DNA of 64,000 bases from Pyrinomonadaceae bacterium (lineage in GTDB: Bacteria > Acidobacteriota > Blastocatellia > Pyrinomonadales > Pyrinomonadaceae). Each line of letters opens with the position of its first letter. Position 1 is the stretch's first letter. Below the pieces are notes generated by a model that saw only the letters and a list, made by a program, of their open reading frames with translations, made no database searches and was not told where the DNA came from. Made by a program: the position numbers and the translations under genes. The stretch is from NCBI GenBank assembly GCA_046313635.1, contig JBKBYA010000001.1, positions 703,471 to 767,470 of the forward strand, in the 5' to 3' direction. Shown here piece by piece: positions 30,603 to 39,177 of the stretch.

Positions 30603-32924
30603 ATGTTCACGCGGGCCTCTGTCGTCTTCGCATTCGTTTTCCTGACCTCGCAAACAATCTTCGCAAACGACTTCGAGTTCTTTCGTCTGCCGAGCGAGCC
30701 GTTCATTCGCATCGGTCTGTCGACGAATGCGGCCTCGGTGAGTATAGCGACGACAGATTCGCAGCTTGTCGCTTTCAGTCCGGACGAGCCGAATCGTCTG
30801 CTGGCGACAAACAAGATCACGGTCTTTCCTCGTACGTACCGGCCGCCTGAGGTCGAGGAGTTTCGCATCGAGTTTCAGGGTCTGCCGTCGCAGATCGACG
30901 CGAATGCGCTCGCCAACGACATTCGCGAGGCCACCGGCGAGACTGCGATCGCAAGCGTCGATCCGGCGACAAATCTGTGGCGGGTCTGGGTGGGCAAGGT
31001 CAGCGACAACCAGGCGGACGCCGACGAACTAAGAGCGAAGCTCGCCGAAAAAGGCTTTGACGACGCCGTCGTCGTCGCCGAAAAAAAGATCGTGCCGTCG
31101 GCCGACGCCGTCGCGCTCAGCCAGCAGTTGAGATCGGCGGGCAGGTCCGACGTTCGCAGCCTGATCAAGACGACCGGCACGTCTGCGCCTAACGCCGCGG
31201 CCGTGGTCGAGCCGAACCTTCGCGAGCTCGTCGTCAGCGGCGCGGTCGAGGAGGCAAAGTTCTCTTCGCTCAAGACGCTTGCATTCGGTTCGGCAAACGA
31301 GCGTTACAATCCGGTGCGGATCAACGGCAAGGCTTATCGCGGCCGTGTCGAGGTCTTTGTAAATTCGCGCGGGCTCCTGACGGTCGTCAACGTCGTTCCG
31401 CTCGAGGATTATTTGCTCGGCGTCGTTCCGGCCGAGCTCGGTCTGCCGCAGCTCGAGGCGCAAAAGGCCCAGGCCGTCGCGGCGCGGACATATGCGGTCG
31501 CGAATTTGAACGCCTACGGCAAGCAGGGATTTGACCTGCTGCCGACGGTCGCTTCGCAGGTTTACAGCGGCGTCGCGATCGAGACGCCGATGGGCACGCG
31601 GGCGGTCAACGAGACGCGAGGCGTCGTCGCGACGTACCGAGGCAAGCCGATCACGGCGTATTACACGTCGACCTGCGGCGGACGGACGGAGAACTCCGAG
31701 AACGTATTTGACAAGGCCGAGCCGTACCTCCGCGGCGTCGAATGCTCGCTTGAGGAAAGGCGATACTTCGAGCCCTTTCTGATCAAGACCGTGCGGCCCG
31801 CGGCACGGCTCCGCGACGAAGCGAATCTCGAGCTCGTCCACCTGATGTCTCTGCTCGCCGTCAACGGCTTTCAGCTCTCGACCGCGCAGATGACCGACGA
31901 GTGGTTTGACGACGCGCCGACGCAGAGCGAGATGTCGAACTGGCTCAACCAGCTCGCGACGAGATTCGGCAAGACGTTTCCGAACGTGAACAAGGATACG
32001 GCCAAACCGGTCGAGCTTGCGCGCCTGCTCGCCGCGATGATATATCCGCCGGGCTATGCCGACACGCTGATGAGCGACTCGGACGTCGCGTACCAACTGA
32101 GCTTTGACGACGCGGCCGAGGTGCCGCGGGAGAGACGCGCGGACATCGCGGCGCTGCTGCGCGACGGCTATTTCACTCTGCATCCGGACCTGACGCTCAA
32201 GCCAAACAAGCCTTTCACCCGAGCCCAGATGCTGCGGCTCGTCGAGCAGATCTACGCAAAAAAGAAATGGACGCCCGCGCTCCAATCGGGCGTCGCGAGC
32301 CCGACCGCCGACGGCAAGCTCGTGCTCAAGAGCGGCAAGACATCGCGGCAGATCGCGGTGCGCCCGGACGTGTTTTTGTTTCGTGAATTCGGCGCACGGC
32401 TTTATCCGGTACGCGAGGCAGTGCTGGTCGGCGGCGAGAACGTCAGCTTCCAGACGGACGCGAGCGGTGCGGTCAGCTATCTCGAGATCAGGCCGACAGA
32501 CCTGCCGACATCGGCCGAGGCGATGTCGCCGCACACCAACTGGAGCGTGACGCTCTCGGCCTCGGCCGTGCAGTCGCGTCTCTCGCGCTACGTCCGCGGC
32601 ATCGGCACGCTCTACGACGTCAATATCAGATCGCAAGGCTACTCGCGCCGCGCTACAGAGCTCGAGATCGTCGGATCAAATGGCACCAAGTCGCTCAAGG
32701 GCGGCAAGATCCGATCTGCCCTGCGCCTCAAAGAGCAGCTCTTTGTCATCAACAAACGCTATTCGGGCGGCCAGGTCGCGAGCTACACATTCACCGGCCG
32801 CGGCTGGGGCCACGGCGTCGGGATGTGCCAATTCGGGGCCTACGGGCTCGCCAAGATGGGCCTCAAGTACGACGAGATCCTCAGGCACTACTACACCGGG
32901 ATCGATCTCGCGAAAGCCTATTAG
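30603..32924 (+). CDS. SpoIID/LytB-domain protein with SPOR-like domain
   Basis: 'LEDYLLGVVPAE', 'KAQAVAARTY', 'GWGHGVGMCQFGA...ILRHYYTG'. Confidence 0.9.
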   Translation: MFTRASVVFAFVFLTSQTIFANDFEFFRLPSEPFIRIGLSTNAASVSIATTDSQLVAFSPDEPNRLLATNKITVFPRTYRPPEVEEFRIEFQGLPSQIDANALANDIREATGETAIASVDPATNLWRVWVGKVSDNQADADELRAKLAEKGFDDAVVVAEKKIVPSADAVALSQQLRSAGRSDVRSLIKTTGTSAPNAAAVVEPNLRELVVSGAVEEAKFSSLKTLAFGSANERYNPVRINGKAYRGRVEVFVNSRGLLTVVNVVPLEDYLLGVVPAELGLPQLEAQKAQAVAARTYAVANLNAYGKQGFDLLPTVASQVYSGVAIETPMGTRAVNETRGVVATYRGKPITAYYTSTCGGRTENSENVFDKAEPYLRGVECSLEERRYFEPFLIKTVRPAARLRDEANLELVHLMSLLAVNGFQLSTAQMTDEWFDDAPTQSEMSNWLNQLATRFGKTFPNVNKDTAKPVELARLLAAMIYPPGYADTLMSDSDVAYQLSFDDAAEVPRERRADIAALLRDGYFTLHPDLTLKPNKPFTRAQMLRLVEQIYAKKKWTPALQSGVASPTADGKLVLKSGKTSRQIAVRPDVFLFREFGARLYPVREAVLVGGENVSFQTDASGAVSYLEIRPTDLPTSAEAMSPHTNWSVTLSASAVQSRLSRYVRGIGTLYDVNIRSQGYSRRATELEIVGSNGTKSLKGGKIRSALRLKEQLFVINKRYSGGQVASYTFTGRGWGHGVGMCQFGAYGLAKMGLKYDEILRHYYTGIDLAKAY

Positions 32925-33130
32925 AATCGCCGGATCAGATACAGCACGAGACTCAGTACCACGCTTACGATCAACATCGAAGTGATCGGGACGAAGACGC
33001 GGGTGTTCTCGGTCTCGATGTTGATATCGCCGGGCAGCTTGCCAAACCAGCCGAGCAGCCACGGGGCAAAGTTCAAAACGACTCCCAGCACCAGGATGCC
33101 GGCCCCAATAATTATCAAGATCTTTCCCAT
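32921..33130 (-). CDS. DUF2905 small membrane protein (in frame with an upstream 21-codon extension from 33193)
   Basis: 'WFGKLPGDI.IE..N.RVFVPITSM'. Confidence 0.8.
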   Translation of the reverse strand: MGKILIIIGAGILVLGVVLNFAPWLLGWFGKLPGDINIETENTRVFVPITSMLIVSVVLSLVLYLIRRF

Positions 33131-33225
33131 AAAGGCAGCCTCGGCCTCTTCGCGGGAGATTGGGTGAGGCTCTTGGTATATCAGTTTCCGCATATTGAAT
33201 CTTTAGCCGCGCTTCAGAGAATGCG

Positions 33226-33340
33226 GCATAACTTATGATTATCTGGAATCATTCCAGATAATGCGCATAATTCGCTTATCAGCAAGAACGATTCGCGCAA
33301 ATAAGCCGGATGTTTGTATTATCTGGAATGATTCGCGCTA
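33226..33340 (-). mobile_element. Putative integron attI site
   Basis: Divergent from intI; minus strand AGATAAT-CATAA-GTTATGC (L box, 5-nt spacer, R box); R-like repeat ATTATGC at 33265-33271; AT-rich. Confidence 0.6.
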
Positions 33341-33408
33341 AGCACCTTATATTCGTACCGAAATGGTCGCTCCCAACCCTTTCGTGCGAGACGACTACGA
33401 GGCGGTAA

Positions 33409-34361
33409 ATGGATCAGCAGCCGAAACTCTTAGATCAAGTGAGAGCCGTTGCCCGAGCCCGGCATCTGAGTTACAAGACCGAGAATGTTTACCATAATTT
33501 TATTAAGCGATTCATCCTGTTTCATAAGAAGCATCACCCGCGCGAGATGGGCCCCGAAGAGATAAGCGCACTTCTGACGCATCTCGCCGTCAACGAAAAT
33601 GTCTCGGCCTCAACGCAGAATCAGGCATTGCTCTCTCTGCTGTTTTTGTACCGCGACGTTCTCAAGATAAATTTACCCAGGATCGAGGGCGTCGTGCGCG
33701 CCAAACGACCGGAGCGTATTCCGGTTGTTTTCACCCCGCGTGAGGCGAAAGCGGTTCTTGCAAGTCTCACGGGCGTTCGTTTTCTAGTGGCGAGTTTGCT
33801 TTACGGCGCCGGTCTGCGGTTGACCGAGGCGCTGCGGCTGCGCGTTAAGGATCTGGATTTCGAATCGTCGCAGATAACTGTTCGCGACGGAAAAGGCGCT
33901 AAGGATCGAACGACACTGTTTCCTACCTCGCTCCACGAGCCGCTCAGACATCACCTGGAGGGGGTGAAATTTATCCATTCGGAAGACCTGCGGCGAGGCT
34001 TTGGGGAGGTCTGGCTCCCCTACGCCCTCTCCAAAAAATATCCGAAGGCCGGCAAGGAATGGAAATGGCAGTACGTCTTCCCGTCTGCCAGGATCTCTCC
34101 GACGCGTGAGGATGGTCAACCGAGGCGTCATCACACGGCCGAATCCAATCTAAAAGGCGGTTTGCGATGCGAAAAGCAGCGATTCACAAACACGGAAATT
34201 GCCACACGTTTCGACACAGCTTCGCCACGCACCTGCTGGAAAATCATTACGATATTCGGACCGTGCAGGAGTTGCTCGGCCATAAGGACGTTCGGACGAC
34301 GCAGACTTACACGCACGTCATCTGGAACAAGTCGGTCGTAACGAGCCCGCTTGATGTTTGA
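33409..34361 (+). pseudogene. intI: Integron integrase, frameshifted
   Basis: 'LLDQVR...HLSYKTE', 'STQNQAL', 'LYGAGLR', 'GKGAKDR', IntI patch 'LPYALSKKYP..GKEWKWQYVFPS'; '[31 protein letters not shown]' lies in another frame (34167..34361). Confidence 0.92.
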
Positions 34362-35232
34362 ATCAAGATTCCGGACAAATTTGATACGCACGCTCGCGCC
34401 GTGCTTGATCTCAGCGGCGGCGGCGATCGTATTGGCGCTGTCGGTAAACGCATCCGCGCAGGGCGAGCAACTTTCCGCGCCGCCTGCGCTGCGCGGCTCA
34501 AAGGCCGAGATCGGCTCGCGCACGGCGAGAAACGGCTTTTTGAATGAGAGTGAGATCGCGGCAAAGTTTAACGGATGGGCGGGGGACAAGGACGCGCAGG
34601 ACTGGCTCGCTTCGATGGGTTATAAACTCGGCGCGATCGAATCTGTGACCGCGACAAAGCCGCACGGCGAGAAAGCGGATGTTGTGGTGAGGATCAAAAC
34701 GAAACTGGGCGATAGATCCGAAGGGATCTCGATCAAACTCGTCAGCACGCCGCAGGGTTTTAACCAGATCGACAAACGCTGGCTTTCCGGTTACCAGCGA
34801 ATGTGGCGTATGCCCGAGAATGTAGTGCACGCGCTGCGGCTGTTTGTCGGCGAGATCAAACCGGGCGAAAAGACCAGAAATGCAGAGCGGATGTTTTTGA
34901 ACGAGCTTGACGCCGAGACGCAAAAAAGTGTGCTCTCGTTTTTCGAGTCGAACCGGGATCGGATTCTTTCGGACATTTTCATCGGGAACGGGCCCTTCGC
35001 AGCCAAATGGCTGATGGTCGCTCTCAAATCACGCGAAAAGCCAAAGTGGACGATCCGCAAGATCGAGGACGCGATCAGATTCTTCGGGCAAGGCCCGGTC
35101 GTGATCACGCGCGGCGGCAATCTGCGGATCGGCCGTATCACGATGCAGCGAAAGGGCGGCGACGCGGGACGCGACACGGCAAAGATGCTACAGTTCAAGA
35201 TCGATCCGGCGGAGCTTTTCGACACGAAATGA
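34354..35232 (+). CDS. R.HinP1I-like type II restriction endonuclease with N-terminal signal peptide
   Basis: Recalled HinP1I motifs present: '[12 protein letters not shown]', 'AQDWL..MG', 'KAD', '[14 protein letters not shown]', '[22 protein letters not shown]'; N-terminus has Arg-rich n-region, h-region and ASA-Q site. Confidence 0.85.
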   Translation: MFESRFRTNLIRTLAPCLISAAAAIVLALSVNASAQGEQLSAPPALRGSKAEIGSRTARNGFLNESEIAAKFNGWAGDKDAQDWLASMGYKLGAIESVTATKPHGEKADVVVRIKTKLGDRSEGISIKLVSTPQGFNQIDKRWLSGYQRMWRMPENVVHALRLFVGEIKPGEKTRNAERMFLNELDAETQKSVLSFFESNRDRILSDIFIGNGPFAAKWLMVALKSREKPKWTIRKIEDAIRFFGQGPVVITRGGNLRIGRITMQRKGGDAGRDTAKMLQFKIDPAELFDTK

Positions 35233-35318
35233 AGGTCTCACGACAACAGGTCAACGGCGCGCTGCTGCTGCTGGCGGCGATAATACTCTTCCTCTCGGTC
35301 CGGTATTTTCTCCAGTGA
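35229..35318 (+). CDS. 29-aa membrane peptide (in the track only as the tail of ORF 35007..35318)
   Basis: [33 protein letters not shown] overlap with REase stop and GTGA overlap with miaA start. Confidence 0.6.
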   Translation: MKVSRQQVNGALLLLAAIILFLSVRYFLQ

Positions 35319-36283
35319 ACGTTAGTTCGGGCCAAACTGCCGCTCCGACGGTCCACAGACCGGACAAACCGATATTCGCGATCGCGGGGCCGACCGCCTC
35401 GGGCAAGACCGCGCTTGGCGTCGCACTTGCGCGGGCCGTGGGCGGCGAGGTCGTAAATTTCGATTCGGTCCAGATATACCGGGAGATCCAGATCGCGACC
35501 GCCAAGCCTACCGAGGAAGAGAAGCGCGGCGTGCCGCATCATCTGATCGATTACGTCGACCCGCGGACGAATTACACGGCCGCCGACTGGGCCGCGGACG
35601 CGGCCGCAAAGATCAAAGAGATCGAGTCGCGGTCGCGCGTGCCGGTGCTGGTCGGCGGGACCGGATTTTATCTTAGGACGCTCCGGAGACCGCTGTTTGA
35701 GGGCCCAAAGACCGACGAGGCGATCCGCGCGCGGCTGCGCTCTTTAATGGACCGGCACGGGGCCGAGCACCTGCACCGGATGCTGGGCCGAGTCGACCCG
35801 GCGGCCGCCGAGAAGCTGTTTCCGAGAGACTATCCGAGAGTGATGCGCGCTCTCGAGGTATTTTTCCAAACGGGACGGCGGATATCTGACCTCCAGCCGA
35901 AGAGGAGCGAGCCGCCCGAGTTTGCCGCCCGAATAAGGCTTTTTGTACTGGAGCCTCCGCGCAGCGAGCTCTACGCTCGGATCGACCGCCGGACCGAGGG
36001 CCATTTTGCGGCCGGTCTGGTCGACGAGGTCAGGCAGCTGATCGCCGGCGGCGTCCCGGAGACATCCAACGCCCTTGGGGCGCACGGCTACCGGCGCGTC
36101 TGCGAATTCCTCCGCGGCGAGCGGACGCTCGAGAGCGCCGTGGAGAGGACCAAACAGGACGTGCGAAACTACGCAAAGCGCCAGCTGACGTGGTTTCGCC
36201 GGGAAGAAGGAGCCGTCTGGGTCACCGGATTTGGCGACGCCGAGGACGTCCAGGAGAGCCTTATTATGCGAGCCGCTGCCTAA
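35315..36283 (+). CDS. miaA: tRNA dimethylallyltransferase
   Basis: 'GPTASGKT', 'DSVQIY', 'PHHLID', 'VGGTGFY', 'YAKRQLTWFR'. Confidence 0.97.
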   Translation: MNVSSGQTAAPTVHRPDKPIFAIAGPTASGKTALGVALARAVGGEVVNFDSVQIYREIQIATAKPTEEEKRGVPHHLIDYVDPRTNYTAADWAADAAAKIKEIESRSRVPVLVGGTGFYLRTLRRPLFEGPKTDEAIRARLRSLMDRHGAEHLHRMLGRVDPAAAEKLFPRDYPRVMRALEVFFQTGRRISDLQPKRSEPPEFAARIRLFVLEPPRSELYARIDRRTEGHFAAGLVDEVRQLIAGGVPETSNALGAHGYRRVCEFLRGERTLESAVERTKQDVRNYAKRQLTWFRREEGAVWVTGFGDAEDVQESLIMRAAA

Positions 36284-36296
36284 AAAAAGAAAAATC

Positions 36297-36324
36297 TTGT
36301 TAATGCCCGCAAATCTGCTATAAT
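36297..36324 (+). promoter_or_regulatory. Sigma70-type promoter (extended -10) for hfq
   Basis: TTGTTA-N16-TATAAT with TGn extension. Confidence 0.6.
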
Positions 36325-36369
36325 CTCGTGGAAAGGTGTTAAGTTCAAGAAAATAAAAGGGAAAGTGCT

Positions 36370-36594
36370 ATGGATAAACCGGCTGCCCAGAATATTCAGG
36401 ATGCATTTTTAAACTCCGCGCGGCGCGAACGCGTCTCGGTCGTGGTGCATCTGCTTCAGGGGGCGACCCTTGGCGGAAGGATCAAGAGCTTTGACAAATT
36501 CTCCGTTTTGCTGGATGTCGGTGGGCAGGACGTTTTGATCTTTAAGCACGCCATTTCAACCGTCTCGCAGGAGCGAAAAGCTAACCCCGCATAG
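36370..36594 (+). CDS. hfq: RNA chaperone Hfq
   Basis: 'NIQDAFLN', 'GRIKSFDKF', 'IFKHAISTV'; classic miaA-hfq synteny. Confidence 0.93.
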   Translation: MDKPAAQNIQDAFLNSARRERVSVVVHLLQGATLGGRIKSFDKFSVLLDVGGQDVLIFKHAISTVSQERKANPA

Positions 36595-36605
36595 GTCCAC
36601 AGTAT

Positions 36606-37241
36606 TTGAACGGCAAGTTCATCACTTTTGAAGGAATCGACGGGAGCGGCAAGTCGACGCAGATGCGTTTGCTTGTCGCTTGTTTGCGCGTGCTCGGGCT
36701 TGAGGTCGTACCGACGTTCGAGCCCGGCGACACGCCTCTCGGGCGGCGGCTGCGGCAGGCGTTCTTGGAGGTAGAGGAAGAGGTCGTCCCAATGGCCGAG
36801 CTGCTGCTTTTTGCCGCCGATCGCGCCCAGCACGTTGAACATCTGATCCGGCCGGCGATCGAGGCAGGCAAGATCGTTATTTCGGACCGATATGCCGATG
36901 CGACTTACGCCTACCAGGGAGCGGGCCGCGGATTTGACGCGGAGACGATCGATTCGGTGATCCGGCTCGCGACCGGCGGGCTCAAGCCGGGACTGACGTT
37001 GTTCTTTGACATCCCGGTCGAGACGGCGCTCGAGAGGCTCTCGTCGCGCGGCGGCAGCGAGGCCGTGTCGAACAGAATGGACTTTGAGACGGCCGAGTTT
37101 TACACGCGCGTTCGCCAAGCTTATCTTGGAATTGCCGAGCGAGAACCGGAACGCTTTCGCGTCGTCGACGCGTCGGGCAGCGTCGACGACATCCATTCGG
37201 CGGTCCGGGAGACGGTCGAGCAGTTCCTCGGCATTCGATAA
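36606..37241 (+). CDS. tmk: Thymidylate kinase
   Basis: 'FITFEGIDGSGKST', 'ISDRY..ATYAYQG'. Confidence 0.95.
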   Translation: MNGKFITFEGIDGSGKSTQMRLLVACLRVLGLEVVPTFEPGDTPLGRRLRQAFLEVEEEVVPMAELLLFAADRAQHVEHLIRPAIEAGKIVISDRYADATYAYQGAGRGFDAETIDSVIRLATGGLKPGLTLFFDIPVETALERLSSRGGSEAVSNRMDFETAEFYTRVRQAYLGIAEREPERFRVVDASGSVDDIHSAVRETVEQFLGIR

Positions 37242-37242
37242 A

Positions 37243-38277
37243 ATGTTTGACGATTTGGTCGGAAACGACCGCGTAAGATCGATCCTGCAAAGGCTCGCGA
37301 ACGAAAGCCGCGTGCCGAACGCGTTGTTGTTTGCCGGGCCGGACGGCGTCGGCAAGCGGCACTTTGCGCTCGCGGTTGCGGCGGCCGCGTTGTGCCACTC
37401 GCCAAAGGACGGCGGCCCGTGCGGCGAGTGCCTCGCATGTCACCGGTCACAGATCTTTGAGTGGCCAAAGGCGGATGACAAAGAGGCGCACAAGCGGGTC
37501 GTCTTCAGCGAGCACCCCGACCTCGGGATGGTGATCGCGTATAACCGCAACATCCTCGTCGACGCCGTTCGCGACCTCGAGCGCGAAGCGAACTTCAGGC
37601 CGTACGAAGCTCAGGCCCGGTACTTTGTGATCGACGACGCCGACAAGATGAATGCCGCGGCCTCTAATGCTCTCCTAAAAACGCTCGAGGAGCCGTCTGC
37701 GACGACGCACATCATCCTCGTCACCGCGCGGCCCGACGCTCTGCTGCGGACGATCCGTTCGCGGTGCCAGACGGTAAGATTTGCTCCCGTCCCGGCCGAC
37801 GAGATCGAAAAGCTCCTGCTGAGAACGCACAAATATGCGCAAGCCGATGCCCGTGTGATAGCGGCCTACGCACAGGGAAGCGTCAGCCGTGCGTTGGGGA
37901 TCGACGCCGAGAACTTTCGCGCCCGCCGCGACGCGATGATGCGAGTGCTGTATTCGGCGATCGCGTCGTCGGACCTGCCGGCCCTGCTGCGCATCGCCGA
38001 GGAGGTCGGCGACCCGAAGAACAAAGAGAACTTTGAGGACGACCTCGATATCCTCCAATCGCTCATCCACGACCTCTGGCAGATCGGCGTCAGGCACGGC
38101 GCGGCGTCGATCGTGCATTCGGACCTGTCGGCCGATATGCATGACCTTGCCGGCCGTGTCTCTCCAGCCAAACTCTCGCAGTGGCTCGCCGACATCGAAT
38201 CTCTGCGAGCCGCACTCGACGTCAACATCAACCGCCGCATCGCGACCGACGCCCTGTTTGTCGGAATGGCCGGCTAA
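37243..38277 (+). CDS. holB: DNA polymerase III delta' subunit
   Basis: 'LFAGPDGVGK', 'PCGECLAC', 'HPD', 'SNALLKTLEEP', 'TIRSRC'; follows tmk. Confidence 0.93.
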   Translation: MFDDLVGNDRVRSILQRLANESRVPNALLFAGPDGVGKRHFALAVAAAALCHSPKDGGPCGECLACHRSQIFEWPKADDKEAHKRVVFSEHPDLGMVIAYNRNILVDAVRDLEREANFRPYEAQARYFVIDDADKMNAAASNALLKTLEEPSATTHIILVTARPDALLRTIRSRCQTVRFAPVPADEIEKLLLRTHKYAQADARVIAAYAQGSVSRALGIDAENFRARRDAMMRVLYSAIASSDLPALLRIAEEVGDPKNKENFEDDLDILQSLIHDLWQIGVRHGAASIVHSDLSADMHDLAGRVSPAKLSQWLADIESLRAALDVNINRRIATDALFVGMAG

Positions 38278-38355
38278 TAAAATTTGGAACAATTCAGGCC
38301 GCGAAGCTTCAAACTTGAGTTACGCTCGCTGAACGATCAAAAAGGAGGTACAGGG

Positions 38356-38742
38356 ATGAAACGATATTTCAGGCCATTTGCCGCATCGATATTGATGTCG
38401 ACGGCGTTTGCGGCCGCGGCGATCGCGCAGGACGATCAGACGGGGCGGGAAGTCTTCGGCGGCGTTCTCAACGGCAAGGCGCTCAGCCTGCCGAAGCCGG
38501 TCTATCCGCCGGCGGCACGGGCCGTACGTGCCGAAGGGACAGTGGTCGTCCAAATCACGGTCGACGAGACCGGCAGCGTCATCAGCGCCGAAGCGGTCTC
38601 GGGTCATCCACTGCTCCGCCCGGCGGCCGTCGAGTCGGCGCGTGGCGCCAAATTCAGCCCGACACTTATCACCGGCCCGCCGATAAAGGTCACAGGAGTG
38701 CTGGTGTATAATTTCGTCGCACCGAAAAAGGATTCGCAGTAA
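38356..38742 (+). CDS. TonB C-terminal-domain protein with signal peptide
   Basis: AGGAGG RBS; 'GGVLNGKALSLPKPVYPPAA...SGHPLL'. Confidence 0.88.
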   Translation: MKRYFRPFAASILMSTAFAAAAIAQDDQTGREVFGGVLNGKALSLPKPVYPPAARAVRAEGTVVVQITVDETGSVISAEAVSGHPLLRPAAVESARGAKFSPTLITGPPIKVTGVLVYNFVAPKKDSQ

Positions 38743-38745
38743 GAA

Positions 38746-39174
38746 GTGGTTTTACCTTTGGACAACAGGATGATGATCGGCCGCGTCGGTGCGGCCGGTT
38801 TTGCTTTGGCGGCGGCGGCCGGCGCGGCTTGGGTCGCGTACTTTGACCCGACGACGGCAGGCTTCTTTCCTGTCTGTCCGCTCAATCGGATGACGGGTTA
38901 CGCCTGCCCCGGCTGCGGCCTGACGCGCGGATTTCATGCGCTGTTTCACGGTGACGTGCTCGGGGCGATGGGCTACAACGCGCTGATCCCGGTTTGGGCC
39001 CTGCTGTTTGGTTATCTGTTCTTGTCGCTGGCTCTTTTCAGCGTCCGCGGGCGAGGCCTGCCGATGAAGGCGCTGATGCATCCGGTCGTGTTGTGGTCGC
39101 TGCTGCTTGTGCTGCTGATCTTTGGCGTGGTTAGGAATCTGCCCTTTTATCCTTTTACTCTGCTGTATCCTTGA
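38746..39174 (+). CDS. DUF2752 membrane protein
   Basis: 'CPL..MTGYACPGCGLTRG'. Confidence 0.85.
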   Translation: MVLPLDNRMMIGRVGAAGFALAAAAGAAWVAYFDPTTAGFFPVCPLNRMTGYACPGCGLTRGFHALFHGDVLGAMGYNALIPVWALLFGYLFLSLALFSVRGRGLPMKALMHPVVLWSLLLVLLIFGVVRNLPFYPFTLLYP

Positions 39175-39177
39175 ACG

